Below, piece by piece: positions 10,561 to 22,346 of a stretch of 37,656 nucleotides of DNA. The notes below the pieces were generated by a model. That model was not told the DNA's origin. It did no database searches and worked only from the letters and a program-made list of their open reading frames with translations. This DNA comes from a bacterium (GTDB lineage Bacteria; Bacteroidota; Ignavibacteria; UBA10030): contig JAZDJN010000046.1 in the NCBI GenBank assembly GCA_043803945.1, positions 1 to 37,656 of the forward strand. The letters are read 5' to 3'. Both the position numbers and the translations under genes were made by a program. How positions within the stretch are numbered: the stretch's first letter is position 1; the number at the start of each line of letters is the position of its first letter.

Positions 10561-11299
10561 TTTTTTGAACTTTTTGTGCTAAGAAAAGGTCGATAGATTG
10601 ACCTGCGAGGACAAGTTCATTTGCTCTTGGAAATTGTTCAATAACAGTGTTGGGTAATAAATCGACTGTGGGGCGATATGTTATGTTGCCAACCTTCAAT
10701 TCCAATCCTGCCAGGAGTTGCTGAGCTTCTTCGAGACTCATTTTCAGTAAAATGGGAACAACTACGCGTTCACCACTCTTCCCCTGGCTCACTATCAATT
10801 GGATACGACTTCCAGAGGAGGCTTTCACCCCTTCTAAAATATCTTGAGAGATGATCGTGCCAATAGGAAATTCTTCAGAAATTTCATACGTGATTCCACC
10901 CAAAATGAATCCGGTTTTTTCAAGTGCGAACGTAGCATCACGGATCGATTTCCCTTTTAATCCGGGGACTGTGGCCTGTACTTCTCCACCACTAATCGTG
11001 AGATACACCCCCCGTCCGATCTTCACTACTGCACCAGCAATTGGATTTTGACTAACAACAGTTCCTTCCGGATATTGCTTATCATTTCGCACGTCTGCTT
11101 TTTTCGCTGTTAGCCCGCTATCCTTAAGTAATCGGACTGCATCCACGTAGTTTTTACCTAAAGTATTTGGAACTCTAACTACATTATCTTTTTGGATGTA
11201 GATTGGCATTAACAGTGAATCAAACAGGAAAAATAATCCTATTAGAATTATTAGAATAATCGCAGGCTTTTTTAATTTTCGAAAGGATTTCTTTTTCAT
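10544..11299 (-). CDS. Membrane-anchored protein with three PASTA domains
   Basis: Basic N-terminus plus TM, then three repeats of VP..G/K...A...L...GL...P.GTV..Q.P. Start ATG 11299 chosen because a promoter-like motif lies at 11324-11352, inside the longer ORF. Confidence 0.9.
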   Translation of the reverse strand: MKKKSFRKLKKPAIILIILIGLFFLFDSLLMPIYIQKDNVVRVPNTLGKNYVDAVRLLKDSGLTAKKADVRNDKQYPEGTVVSQNPIAGAVVKIGRGVYLTISGGEVQATVPGLKGKSIRDATFALEKTGFILGGITYEISEEFPIGTIISQDILEGVKASSGSRIQLIVSQGKSGERVVVPILLKMSLEEAQQLLAGLELKVGNITYRPTVDLLPNTVIEQFPRANELVLAGQSIDLFLAQKVQKNESEH

Positions 11300-11323
11300 G
11301 GGTTTAAAAATAATTTCACTATA

Positions 11324-11352
11324 AATATAGAAATACTTTACAAGATTTACAA
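11324..11352 (-). promoter_or_regulatory. Putative promoter for PASTA protein-rpe
   Basis: Minus strand TTGTAA, 17 nt spacer, TATATT. Confidence 0.55.
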
Positions 11353-11486
11353 GAAAACCCATCGCTCCTAAAACCTGTGTTCATACAAAAAAAAGAATCT
11401 CCACTACTTCCCCCTTGCTTAGCTCCTGAATAAATGCTTCTTCTTTTCCATCAGAAGGAACTCTGTACCTTTCAGTGATGTTATTC

Positions 11487-11515
11487 TTGACATATGATAT
11501 CTCATATCGTATATT
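11487..11515 (+). promoter_or_regulatory. Sigma70-type promoter for the SAM riboswitch/metY-metX operon
   Basis: Perfect TTGACA (11487-11492), 17 nt spacer, TATATT (11510-11515), about 40 nt upstream of the aptamer. Confidence 0.75.
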
Positions 11516-11553
11516 GCACAAAGAATTATTGTTCTTTCAAAAAGTAATTTTGG

Positions 11554-13086
<1,533 letters not shown>

Positions 13087-13138
13087 AGAGACAACGATGG
13101 TCTAACGCATAACACTATCATAGCACGACAGAATACCC

Positions 13139-14296
13139 TTGATCTCACAATATTCTTCAACAACTCGTACTCACGAAGAACAGGCAAGATTTCCTATTGC
13201 TGCTTCCACGGCTATCCTGTTCAACGGCAACAATCCTTTGAAACTCGAATCAGGTGAATCCCTTCCCCTTGTCGAAGTTGCGTATGAAACCTATGGGACG
13301 CTCAATCATGAAGGTACGAATGCCATTCTCCTCTGCCATGCATTGACTGGAAATTCTCATGCGGCAAACCACGCGAACTGTTTGCATGCGCCTGGTCAAT
13401 CCGGGTGGTGGGATGGCGTTATCGGATTCGGAAAAGCTTTTGACCCTCAGAATCATTTTATCATTTGTTCAAATATTCTCGGCGGTTGCTATGGCACCAC
13501 GGGACCAAGAAGTATTAATCCAGTTACAGGTCGTCACTATGGCCCTTCATTTCCTCAGATAACCGTTCGTGATATGGTGAAGGTCCAGCGAGCGCTGATT
13601 GAAAAGCTTGGTATCAAAAAACTCCATACAGTTGCCGGTGGATCTCTGGGTGGAATGCAGGCTCTCGAGTGGGCGTTGCTCTATCCTGAGATTGTGCATT
13701 CCATTATTCCCATCGGCACATCCGCTCAACATTCTCCATGGTGCATCGCCTTGAATGAAATCACCCGCCTCTCCATTACGAATGATCCGACCTGGAACAA
13801 GGGATGCTATGAAGAACAACCAACCCATGGACTCGCCCTTGCACGAATGGTGGCGATGGTCTCGTATCGCAGTGCGAATTCATTTCAGAACAAATTTGGA
13901 AGAAGCCTTACAGACATCAACAAAAAGAAATTCAACGACCTCTTTAGCAATGAACCGAGTATTTTTGAGGTGGAGCAATACCTGCGATACCAGGGGAAAA
14001 AGCTCGTCGATCGATTTGATGCAAACACATACCTCACCATCACACGGGCCATGGATTCACACGATATTGCACGTGGCCGGGGTTCGCTTAAAACTGCACT
14101 TGGTACAATCAAAGCAGATGCGTTGTGCATCGGCATATCATCTGATATTCTCTACCCTGCTTCCGAGCAACGGGCAATTGCAGCGGAGATTCCCTCAGCC
14201 CACTACGAAGAAATTGAATCGATTCACGGTCACGATGCCTTCCTTATGGAATTTGATCAACTGAACAGGATCATGACTCGGTTTCTTGCAGGATGA
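13139..14296 (+). CDS. metX: Homoserine O-acetyltransferase
   Basis: [33 protein letters not shown], nucleophile [22 protein letters not shown]; exact start uncertain. Confidence 0.95.
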   Translation: MISQYSSTTRTHEEQARFPIAASTAILFNGNNPLKLESGESLPLVEVAYETYGTLNHEGTNAILLCHALTGNSHAANHANCLHAPGQSGWWDGVIGFGKAFDPQNHFIICSNILGGCYGTTGPRSINPVTGRHYGPSFPQITVRDMVKVQRALIEKLGIKKLHTVAGGSLGGMQALEWALLYPEIVHSIIPIGTSAQHSPWCIALNEITRLSITNDPTWNKGCYEEQPTHGLALARMVAMVSYRSANSFQNKFGRSLTDINKKKFNDLFSNEPSIFEVEQYLRYQGKKLVDRFDANTYLTITRAMDSHDIARGRGSLKTALGTIKADALCIGISSDILYPASEQRAIAAEIPSAHYEEIESIHGHDAFLMEFDQLNRIMTRFLAG

Positions 14297-14329
14297 TTTT
14301 GCAGAATTTCGTCGTGATTTTCTATCAAA

Positions 14330-14358
14330 TTGCATATAACTCCATTCTTGGGTATATT
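14330..14358 (+). promoter_or_regulatory. Putative promoter for cdd-tdk-punA
   Basis: TTGCAT (14330-14335), 17 nt spacer, TATATT (14353-14358). Confidence 0.65.
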
Positions 14359-14432
14359 TCCCTCGAAGAATACCATAACAAGTTCATACTGGTTTTCTTT
14401 CAAGATAAATGCCAAGAATAGACCGGGGTATT

Positions 14433-14852
14433 ATGCAGGATCGATATCATGAACTTGTGAAATTCGCCATAGAGGCAAAAAAGAGATCCTATGCTCCCTA
14501 CTCGGATTTTCATGTTGGTGCAGCGCTCCTTACTGCGTCAGGGAGAATTATCACTGGCTGTAACATTGAAATCAGCACCTATGCATTGACAATTTGTGCC
14601 GAACGGACTGCAATCTTCAAGGCAATATCTGAAGGTGAAAACGAATTCAAAGCCATCGCCATCTCTTCGGACGACCCTGACTATATTCCCCCCTGTGGTG
14701 CATGCCGACAGGTGCTTATGGATCTTGCCGGTGACATCGATATTATTATGTTAAATGGAAAAAAGCAGACAAAAATCCTCAAACTGGCAAAGTTGCTCCC
14801 TCATGCTTTTGGAAAAAATAATCTTGAGAGAACAAAAACTAAAAGAAGGTAA
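14433..14852 (+). CDS. cdd: Cytidine deaminase (homotetrameric type)
   Basis: [30 protein letters not shown]; start ATG 14433 (after GGGG) or 14409. Confidence 0.96.
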   Translation: MQDRYHELVKFAIEAKKRSYAPYSDFHVGAALLTASGRIITGCNIEISTYALTICAERTAIFKAISEGENEFKAIAISSDDPDYIPPCGACRQVLMDLAGDIDIIMLNGKKQTKILKLAKLLPHAFGKNNLERTKTKRR

Positions 14853-14854
14853 GT

Positions 14855-15430
14855 ATGGATACATCAGCACTCCACAATGTACCGCGGGACACCGGGTGGA
14901 TAGAAGTCGTCTGCGGCTGTATGTTCAGCGGTAAGACTGAAGAACTTATTCGGAGAATTCGAAGAGCTCAAATTGCTAAACAAAAAGTTGCAATATTTAA
15001 GCCGCGAATCGATACAAGATACAGTGTTGAACACATAGTCTCTCACAGTGAACAATCGCTAATCTCTCAATCCATTGATGATGCTGCTCAGATTCCAGAA
15101 CTCGCTGGCGATGCGCAGGTAATTGGAATAGATGAGGCACAATTTTTCAAGGCAAATGTTGTTGATGTTTGTGAATCACTCGCAAATCACGGCAAGCGTG
15201 TTATTATCGCAGGCCTTGATCAGGATTATCGGGGAAAACCATTTGAACCAATGCCGCAGCTTCTCGCCATTGCAGAATATATTACGAAAACATTGGCGAT
15301 CTGTGTGGTTTGCGGTAATCCTGCTGACCGGACGCAGCGTAAATCAACCTCAAGCGAACGTGTCATTGTCGGAGCCAAGGAGTTGTACGAAGCTCGCTGC
15401 AGAAGATGCCATCAGGCTCCAAGTGAATGA
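14855..15430 (+). CDS. tdk: Thymidine kinase
   Basis: [35 protein letters not shown]-terminal Zn cysteines (CVVC, RCRRC). Confidence 0.97.
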   Translation: MDTSALHNVPRDTGWIEVVCGCMFSGKTEELIRRIRRAQIAKQKVAIFKPRIDTRYSVEHIVSHSEQSLISQSIDDAAQIPELAGDAQVIGIDEAQFFKANVVDVCESLANHGKRVIIAGLDQDYRGKPFEPMPQLLAIAEYITKTLAICVVCGNPADRTQRKSTSSERVIVGAKELYEARCRRCHQAPSE

Positions 15431-15481
15431 CTGCTATGAGGATAAATTGCTTTACAAATCTCTGCTGCTTTTCCATCGGGT

Positions 15482-16360
15482 GTGAACGAAAATTCAAGAA
15501 TTCCTATGGATGCAAATAACTCACGAATTACAGAAGCCTTAGCTTATATCAGATCAATCTCAGCAGTTCAACCAAAACTCGCGCTTATTTTAGGATCAGG
15601 ACTGGGAGATTTTGCAGATTACCTGCAAGAAACAATTATTATTAATACGACATCGATACCTCATTATCCGCATTCTTCTGTTCAAGGTCATGAAGGGAAA
15701 CTGATTTTCGGGTATCTCAAAGAAGAGAATAGGAGGTCATGCCCTTTGCTTGTTTTTAAGGGAAGGGTCCATCTCTACGAATCGGGTGATCTTCAGAAAG
15801 TTTACTTCCCTATCGAAATTGCCAGCGCTCTTGGTGCTACACATCTTTTCGTGACAAATGCAGCAGGAGGAATCAATCCTCGATTCCAGGCTGGCGACCT
15901 GATGCTCATCGATGACGTGATCAATCTCTCCCTGCAACGTATCAAGTATACAGAGTTGGCTTCAATCAATACTATTGGCTTCAATGAGTTGCAAAGAGAT
16001 AGAAAGCCTCTTCTCGATAAAGCATTTAGCGCGATAATTCAGAACGCTGCGACTTACCTTAATATGACACTTCACCGTGGGACATACTGTTGGGTGAACG
16101 GTCCCTCTTACGAATCGAGCGCTGAGATTGAGATGATGCGAAGGTTGGGAGCAGATGCAGTAGGCATGTCGACTGTTCCAGAAATCCTAGTCGCTTCGTA
16201 TCTTGGAATGAAAGTAGCCGGTGTTTCGCTTATTTCAAATCTTTCAACTGGGCTTTCTCAAAATAAACTTTCTCACAGCGAGGTAACAGAAGTTGCCATG
16301 AAGGTGAAGGATACATTTTGTCGTTTTGCTTTTGATTCGATAATGAGTTTCTCTTCTTAA
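15482..16360 (+). CDS. punA: Purine nucleoside phosphorylase (trimeric type)
   Basis: ILGSGLG, GHEG, GRVHLYE, TNAAGG, GPSYE, GADAVGMSTVPE; alternative start ATG 15506. Confidence 0.95.
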   Translation: MNENSRIPMDANNSRITEALAYIRSISAVQPKLALILGSGLGDFADYLQETIIINTTSIPHYPHSSVQGHEGKLIFGYLKEENRRSCPLLVFKGRVHLYESGDLQKVYFPIEIASALGATHLFVTNAAGGINPRFQAGDLMLIDDVINLSLQRIKYTELASINTIGFNELQRDRKPLLDKAFSAIIQNAATYLNMTLHRGTYCWVNGPSYESSAEIEMMRRLGADAVGMSTVPEILVASYLGMKVAGVSLISNLSTGLSQNKLSHSEVTEVAMKVKDTFCRFAFDSIMSFSS

Positions 16361-16403
16361 AAGAGATATTTCATTAACGAGTTACATTATCTTTTGTGTC
16401 ATT

Positions 16404-16656
16404 AACTTATATTGCGCATGGAACAGAGCAAGACCAGAAAATGAAAAAGATTTGCCGCCTGCCCGCCGCAAGCGGCGCACAGGCGGGCAAGAACGCCAAA
16501 ACGCCAAGAGTTAAATGTGATAGATTTTCACATCCTTATGAAAAACAATCAAATAATAATATTCTTCCCGCCAGACCGCATGGCGGGCTGGGGCGCACTT
16601 GGCGGCCAGATTTTCTTACAAAGAGACTCATCTTTTGTTTGTGCGTAACGTGACTT
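16404..16656. repeat. Degenerate MITE/REP-like intergenic element with nested inverted repeats
   Basis: Outer imperfect IR AACTTATATTGCGCA (16404-16418)/TGCGTAACGTGACTT (16642-16656); GC-rich hairpins at 16452-16490 and 16567-16587; CGCCAA(A/G) repeats at about 16494-16508 with complement CTTGGCGGC at 16598-16606. Confidence 0.6.
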
Positions 16657-16700
16657 TTCAATGAAGACTTTATCGTTATCCATTTCATAAATAGGATATT

Positions 16701-18341
16701 ATGAATTCTATTCCGTTTTCTGATCTTCCTTCCAGCACCAATGGATATTCTCAGCTATTTCTCGATTACATTGAGAACAATTCAAAGGTAGAGACTTTCT
16801 TTAATGGTAATTTTAAGAAGGATAGTGATTGGAAGTCTTTGCTAAAAAAAGTTACAAACCGATCATTAGATAGGTCGGCAATTGCGCAGATACTTTCCAG
16901 GCAAAACAAGGAAAATCACTGCGGTGTGAAAACACTCGCAAATATCGACCTACTGCTTAACGACAATACTGTTGCAGTTGTCACAGGTCAACAGGTTGGA
17001 ATTTTTACAGGCCCACTCTATACCATTTATAAAACATTGACCTGCCTAAAACTCGTCGAGAATCTGAATGAACGATTTCCAGATTACTCTTTCGTTCCGA
17101 TATTCTGGCTCGAAGGTGAAGATCACGATATTGATGAAGTAATATCGATCCATCTTATGAACCAGGCAAATGACTTAATGACAGCTACATATGATATCGC
17201 AGGAAAAGGAAACGAAAAGAACCTCGGTGCAGTAGGCAAGTTACGATTTGAAGATAAAATAAATTTGCTATTCGATTCGCTTCAATCTTCGCTAGTTCAG
17301 ACAGAGTATACACAAAAAGTAATGGACCTATTTCGAGTGTCCTACCAGACAGGGATGAGTTTTAACAAGTCCTTCATGAATATTCTAAATGATTTATTAC
17401 CCGAAAGCGGATTGATTTTTCTGGATCCTAACGACGTTGAAGTAAAGCAATTACTGAAGCCTCTTTTCAAGCGTGAATTATCTGAGACTCCTAGATTTTG
17501 CCAGCTTGTCATTGATCAAAGCGCTCGATTAGAAAAAGCATACCACGCTCAAATTAAACCGAAATCGATAAATCTGTTTTTCTTCCACAATGAAGGCAGA
17601 TATCTTCTAGAACCTAAATCTGATGGTTATTCTCTCAAAGGGACCCGCCAGCATTTGAGCAAGGAGCAAGTTGAGGAAGCATTGGAAAATACACCTGAAA
17701 AATTTAGCTCAAATGTGGTTCTAAGGCCAATATGTCAGGATACGCTCCTGCCTACCATCGCATATGTAGCCGGGCCATCTGAAATTGCATATTTCGCACA
17801 ATTAAAAACTCTTTACGAGGATGTAGGTATTCCAGAACCGATGATCTTCCCTCGAGCTAGTGTAACAATTGTTGAGGAGAAGGTAGAGAAAGTTCTTCAG
17901 CGATATTCTCTTCGAATTTCTGAGATTCTTCATGATGTGGAAATCGCTAAAGCAAAAGTAGCAAATCAAATCTCGGATATTAATATCGACGAAATATTTG
18001 GGGGGTCTGGAATCGCTATACGGGAAATATTGGAACAAATGAAACCTGGGCTCCAACAGCTTGATCCTACATTACTCGGCGCAGTACAAAACACACAGCA
18101 GAAATTTGAATCTCATCTCACTGTGTTGCGGGAAAAATCTGTCGCAGCTCAAAAAAGGCAGCATGAAGTATCATTACGGCAGGTGGAAAAGGCAGCTAAT
18201 CATCTTTTCCCTGGAGGGCAATTTCAAGAACGAACGATAAATATCCTCCATTTTCTGAACAAATATGGCCTAGAGTTCGTGCGATGGCTTTACACCGAAA
18301 TGAAGATTGATGTTTTTGAACACCAGATAATTTTTTTATAA
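16701..18341 (+). CDS. bshC: Bacillithiol biosynthesis cysteine-adding enzyme BshC
   Basis: VVTGQQVGIFTGPLYTIYK, PIFWLEGEDHD.DE, FSSNVVLRP..QD.LLP..AYVAGPSEIAYFAQLK, C-terminal FP....QER; 546 aa. Confidence 0.93.
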   Translation: MNSIPFSDLPSSTNGYSQLFLDYIENNSKVETFFNGNFKKDSDWKSLLKKVTNRSLDRSAIAQILSRQNKENHCGVKTLANIDLLLNDNTVAVVTGQQVGIFTGPLYTIYKTLTCLKLVENLNERFPDYSFVPIFWLEGEDHDIDEVISIHLMNQANDLMTATYDIAGKGNEKNLGAVGKLRFEDKINLLFDSLQSSLVQTEYTQKVMDLFRVSYQTGMSFNKSFMNILNDLLPESGLIFLDPNDVEVKQLLKPLFKRELSETPRFCQLVIDQSARLEKAYHAQIKPKSINLFFFHNEGRYLLEPKSDGYSLKGTRQHLSKEQVEEALENTPEKFSSNVVLRPICQDTLLPTIAYVAGPSEIAYFAQLKTLYEDVGIPEPMIFPRASVTIVEEKVEKVLQRYSLRISEILHDVEIAKAKVANQISDINIDEIFGGSGIAIREILEQMKPGLQQLDPTLLGAVQNTQQKFESHLTVLREKSVAAQKRQHEVSLRQVEKAANHLFPGGQFQERTINILHFLNKYGLEFVRWLYTEMKIDVFEHQIIFL

Positions 18342-18423
18342 GGCTTCCAGTACTAGAAGATATCTATATCACTAACCTATTACAGTAATAGATATTTGCC
18401 TTCTTATGGTAAATAATGTTTGA

Positions 18424-19707
18424 CTAATTCTTAAGAGCTTTTATTGTTTCCCAGAATGTTGGGAACGAAATATCCACACACTCAGCTTGCCTAATAATGC
18501 TCTCTCCTCTTGCTACAAGTGCCCCAATTGCAAAAGCCATAGCGATCCTATGATCGAGACTTGATTCAATAGCAGCTCCATGAATTATACTTGTGCTCTC
18601 AAAACCAAAACCATCTTTGTACTCTTCAACCTCAACGCCAATATTCCGTAAATTCTCTACAACAGTCCTTATCCTGTCAGATTCCTTATGTCTCAGCTCC
18701 CCCGCATCGCGAATCTCTAATGAACATTGATTGCATGCAGCAGTAACTGCTAATATTGGTAGTTCATCAATCAACAGGGCAACATCTGGACTGGAGAGAG
18801 TTAACTTCCCTTTTAACTGAGTTGTTCTCACAGAAATGTCACCCAATAGTTCGCCGGAAATTGCTCGAGTATTTGAAATCTGGATATTCCCTCCAAGTTG
18901 TTCCAGTATCTTCAGAAATGCAGTTCTTGTGGGATTCAGACCGACATTTTTAATTATAATTTCGGAATTTGGAACAATCAATCCTGCAGCGATAAAGAAA
19001 GCTGCTGCAGAGAAATCTCCAGGAATTTCAAATTTTCTGCCAAGGGGTGCATTATCCCTTGAAATGCTAATAATTCTGACAGACTCCTTAACCTCTATTG
19101 GCAAATCAAGCATTCTTTCAGTATGGTCTCTCGTGAGAATGGGTTCAAACACTCTTGTAATTCCATTGGTATAAAGGCCTGCAAGCAAGACTGCTGATTT
19201 TACCTGAGCACTAGGAACAGGAAGTTGATAGTCGATTGCTTTAAGAGGGTATCTTCCAGATATTTTAAGAGGTGCTGTGCTTCTCTCACTTGCCTCAATT
19301 TTTGCACCCATCAGTAAGAGTGGTTCAAGAATCCTTTTCATTGGCCTTTTGATAAGGGAAGCATCGCCGGTAATTTCTGAATTGAAATTTTGTCCAGCCA
19401 ATATGCCTGAGAGCAGTCTCATTGTTGTTCCTGAATTCCCTGTGTCCAGAGATCCATTAGGAGATAAAAAACTCTTGAGACCCTTTCCGTGGATTATGAG
19501 GTGATTGCCACTAACTTCTATGTTTCCAGCAAGTTGCCGCAAACAATTCATCGTGCTAATAGGGTCAGAAGCAGCGGGGATGCAATCAATTTCTGATCTG
19601 CCTTCTGCAAATGAACTGATCATTAAAGCTCTGTGCAAAATAGATTTGTCGCGTGGTAATTGGACCTCACCTCGCAATTCTTTTGTCTGCGAAATAATTT
19701 GATCCAT
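18424..19707 (-). CDS. aroA: 3-phosphoshikimate 1-carboxyvinyltransferase (EPSP synthase)
   Basis: DKS..HRA, GNSGTTMRL, RPMKR, SAQVKSA, RDHTERM, IDELP, ELRHKESDRI, DHRIAM. Confidence 0.97.
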   Translation of the reverse strand: MDQIISQTKELRGEVQLPRDKSILHRALMISSFAEGRSEIDCIPAASDPISTMNCLRQLAGNIEVSGNHLIIHGKGLKSFLSPNGSLDTGNSGTTMRLLSGILAGQNFNSEITGDASLIKRPMKRILEPLLLMGAKIEASERSTAPLKISGRYPLKAIDYQLPVPSAQVKSAVLLAGLYTNGITRVFEPILTRDHTERMLDLPIEVKESVRIISISRDNAPLGRKFEIPGDFSAAAFFIAAGLIVPNSEIIIKNVGLNPTRTAFLKILEQLGGNIQISNTRAISGELLGDISVRTTQLKGKLTLSSPDVALLIDELPILAVTAACNQCSLEIRDAGELRHKESDRIRTVVENLRNIGVEVEEYKDGFGFESTSIIHGAAIESSLDHRIAMAFAIGALVARGESIIRQAECVDISFPTFWETIKALKN

Positions 19708-19791
19708 AGGATTTCCATAAAAATCCCCACTGCAGATTTACCAGGGAGGCCTTTCTCGTGGGGAGATAGTTAACTGCAAACAAACTGGGAA

Positions 19792-21963
19792 TTAATGACG
19801 CCTATTGTCACCTCGATTACGGTCTCTATCTGAATGTTCCCTTTTTTGACGAGGCCTGTTCATCTCTTCCTGTGCATTTTCTCCGCCTGGCATCAGGGCT
19901 TTCCTGCTCAATTTAAGTCGACCTTCATCATCGATTCCCATGAGCTTTACTTCTATAACATCTCCCAACTTTAATATATGTTCAACTTTTTCAACACGTT
20001 GAACGTCGAGTTGCGAAATGTGCACAAGGCCCTCTTTCCCAGGAAGGATTTCTACAAATGCGCCGAAGTCCGTTATCTTTTTTACTGTAGCGTGATATAT
20101 CTGGCCAACTTCGGGCAAGGCAGTGAGTTTCTTAATAGCATTTAATGCGATATCTGCTGATTCCTTCAGGACTGCAGCAATAGTCACCGTACCATCGTCT
20201 TCGATGTTGATTTCAGCACCGCTATCCTTGACAAGTTGACGGATATTTTTTCCACCTGGACCGATAAGCGCTCCGATCATATCAACAGGGATTTTTATAG
20301 TTTGCAGGCGTGGTGCATAGGCCGAAATATCGGGCCTGCAAGTATTCAAAGTTTGACCCATTACGTCGAGGATCTTGAATCTCCCATCCTTCGCCTGTTG
20401 CAGCGCCCGCTCCATGATCTCAAAGGAAATTCCCTTAATCTTGATATCCATTTGAAAGGCAGTGATACCTTCAGTCGTTCCGGCAACTTTAAAATCCATA
20501 TCGCCAAGATGATCTTCATTGCCAAGTATATCACTTAAGATTGCAACACGCTCTCCTTCCTTTACGAGTCCCATAGCAATACCAGCAACAGGACGTTTCA
20601 ATGGGATGCCAGCATCGAACAAGGAGAGTGTTCCGGCGCATACCGTAGCCATTGACGAGGATCCATTCGATTCCAGGATATCGGATACGATACGGATTGT
20701 GTAGGGGAAATCTTTCTCGCTTGGGATCAGGTTTTTTAAAGAGCGTTCTGCAAGGTTTCCATGCCCCACTTCCCTGCGTCCTGTTGAACCGACCCTTCCG
20801 ATTTCACCGACGCTGAAGGGAGGGAAGTTATAATGAAGCATAAAACGTTTTGTCGTATCCGGAATCAATCCATCCAGAATTTGTTCATCAAGCTTTGTCC
20901 CTAGTGTTGCCGATGTTAAGCTTTGTGTTTCGCCCCGGGTAAACAATGCCGAACCATGAGTTCTTGGAAGCAGACCAACCTCGCAGGTTATTGGGCGAAT
21001 ATCGGTTAATCCTCGTCCATCAAGTCTTTTCTGTTCATCTAAAATGGTTGAACGCATTGCATCTTGTTCAATGCTATGGATAATTTCATTGATGAGAGGA
21101 GACTTCTCCGGGAATTTCAAGAGCAATGCTTGAGAGACTTCGTCATAGACCGCATGAGTTGCTTTCGATCGCTCCTCCTTGGTCATGACGGTCCGGCTTA
21201 ACACTTTTAATCGTGCAGCGGCAAGTGACTGGATTTCTTCTACAATGCCAGCCGGAATTTCTGGTACAATGATAGATCGTTTCTGAATTTTGACTGCTTC
21301 GGCAAGTTCTTTTTGAACTGCACAGAGAATTTTTATGAACTCGTGTCCATACTTTAAAGCAGCAATCATGTCGGTTTCAGAGATCTCATGGGATTCGCCT
21401 TCTACCATCACGATGGAATCGTCACTTCCCGCAACCGTAACATCTAAATCGCTTTGTTCGAGCTCCAGATAGGTAGGATTTACAACAAACTCCCCTTTGA
21501 TTCTTCCCACGCGTACTTCAGCGATGGGTCCGTCAAAAGGAATGTCGGAGACCATTAGTGCGGCAGACGCGGCGCATGCACCGAGGATATCTCCGTCATG
21601 TTGCATGTCAGAGGAATACACAGTCACCAATAGTTGAGTCTCGTTTCTGTAATCCTTGGGGAACATAGGCCGAATGGGTCGATCGATAAGCCGTGAGGAG
21701 AGGACTTCTTTCTCATTCGGCCTGCCTTCTCGTTTAAAAAATCCGCCCGGAATTTTTCCTGCTGCGGCTGTCTTTTCACGATACTCAACCTGTAGTGGGA
21801 AGAAATCTTGATCGAGTTTTGCTTCACGTTCGCTTACAACTGTTGCCAGGACCATGGTGTCCGCATATCGAACCATGACTGCACCATCTGCTTGTTTGGC
21901 GAAACGTCCTGTTTCAAATGAAAAAGTTTTTCCGCCAAGAGTTACTTCTTTCGTTACCTTCAT
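19792..21963 (-). CDS. pnp: Polyribonucleotide nucleotidyltransferase (PNPase)
   Basis: AKQADGAV, FFPLQVEYRE, RLIDRPIRP, FTRGETQ, SNGSSSMA, GDMDFKVAG, KH and S1 domains. Confidence 0.98.
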   Translation of the reverse strand: MKVTKEVTLGGKTFSFETGRFAKQADGAVMVRYADTMVLATVVSEREAKLDQDFFPLQVEYREKTAAAGKIPGGFFKREGRPNEKEVLSSRLIDRPIRPMFPKDYRNETQLLVTVYSSDMQHDGDILGACAASAALMVSDIPFDGPIAEVRVGRIKGEFVVNPTYLELEQSDLDVTVAGSDDSIVMVEGESHEISETDMIAALKYGHEFIKILCAVQKELAEAVKIQKRSIIVPEIPAGIVEEIQSLAAARLKVLSRTVMTKEERSKATHAVYDEVSQALLLKFPEKSPLINEIIHSIEQDAMRSTILDEQKRLDGRGLTDIRPITCEVGLLPRTHGSALFTRGETQSLTSATLGTKLDEQILDGLIPDTTKRFMLHYNFPPFSVGEIGRVGSTGRREVGHGNLAERSLKNLIPSEKDFPYTIRIVSDILESNGSSSMATVCAGTLSLFDAGIPLKRPVAGIAMGLVKEGERVAILSDILGNEDHLGDMDFKVAGTTEGITAFQMDIKIKGISFEIMERALQQAKDGRFKILDVMGQTLNTCRPDISAYAPRLQTIKIPVDMIGALIGPGGKNIRQLVKDSGAEINIEDDGTVTIAAVLKESADIALNAIKKLTALPEVGQIYHATVKKITDFGAFVEILPGKEGLVHISQLDVQRVEKVEHILKLGDVIEVKLMGIDDEGRLKLSRKALMPGGENAQEEMNRPRQKREHSDRDRNRGDNRRH

Positions 21964-21990
21964 AATTCTGCCTATCAGTTATATGGAAAG

Positions 21991-22018
21991 TCTGGTATGA
22001 TACTACACGTATACCAGA
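21991..22018 (-). other. Stem-loop in the rpsO-pnp intergenic region
   Basis: TCTGGTAT-N12-ATACCAGA perfect 8 bp inverted repeat with no strong U tract; possible processing or weak termination site. Confidence 0.4.
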
Positions 22019-22025
22019 TACTGCG

Positions 22026-22295
22026 CTATTTTCGAATTTCGAGCTCTTGAATGATCTTCCGGTATCGATTAATGTCTTTCTTCATCAGATAATCCAGAAG
22101 GCGCCGCCGCTTACCAACGATTTTGAGTAATCCGACACGGCTATGGTTATCCTTTTTGTGGCTTTCAAGATGAGGAGAAAGCAAGGTGAGGTTTGCCGTG
22201 AGAATAGCAATTTGGACTTCCGGAGTACCGGAATCCGTTTCACTCTTCCCAAACTTTTTAATGATCTGCAGCTTCTGTTCTTTCGAGATTGGCAT
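22026..22295 (-). CDS. rpsO: 30S ribosomal protein S15
   Basis: [23 protein letters not shown]...[10 protein letters not shown]; 89 aa. Confidence 0.98.
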   Translation of the reverse strand: MPISKEQKLQIIKKFGKSETDSGTPEVQIAILTANLTLLSPHLESHKKDNHSRVGLLKIVGKRRRLLDYLMKKDINRYRKIIQELEIRK

Positions 22296-22346
22296 TGTTA
22301 CTCCTTTATTAATAATGGTATACTATTGCTCATTTTTTTTCCATCG

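Noticed and set aside
16490-16610. Short CGCCAA repeats as a CRISPR remnant
   Set aside because: No regularly spaced 25-40 nt repeats and no cas genes
16396-16653. 85-aa ORF between punA and bshC
   Set aside because: Coincides with the nested repeat element; no protein features
18378-18392. CTATTAC-A-GTAATAG palindrome between convergent bshC and aroA
   Set aside because: AT-rich, 1-nt loop and no U tract; too weak to call a terminator or operator
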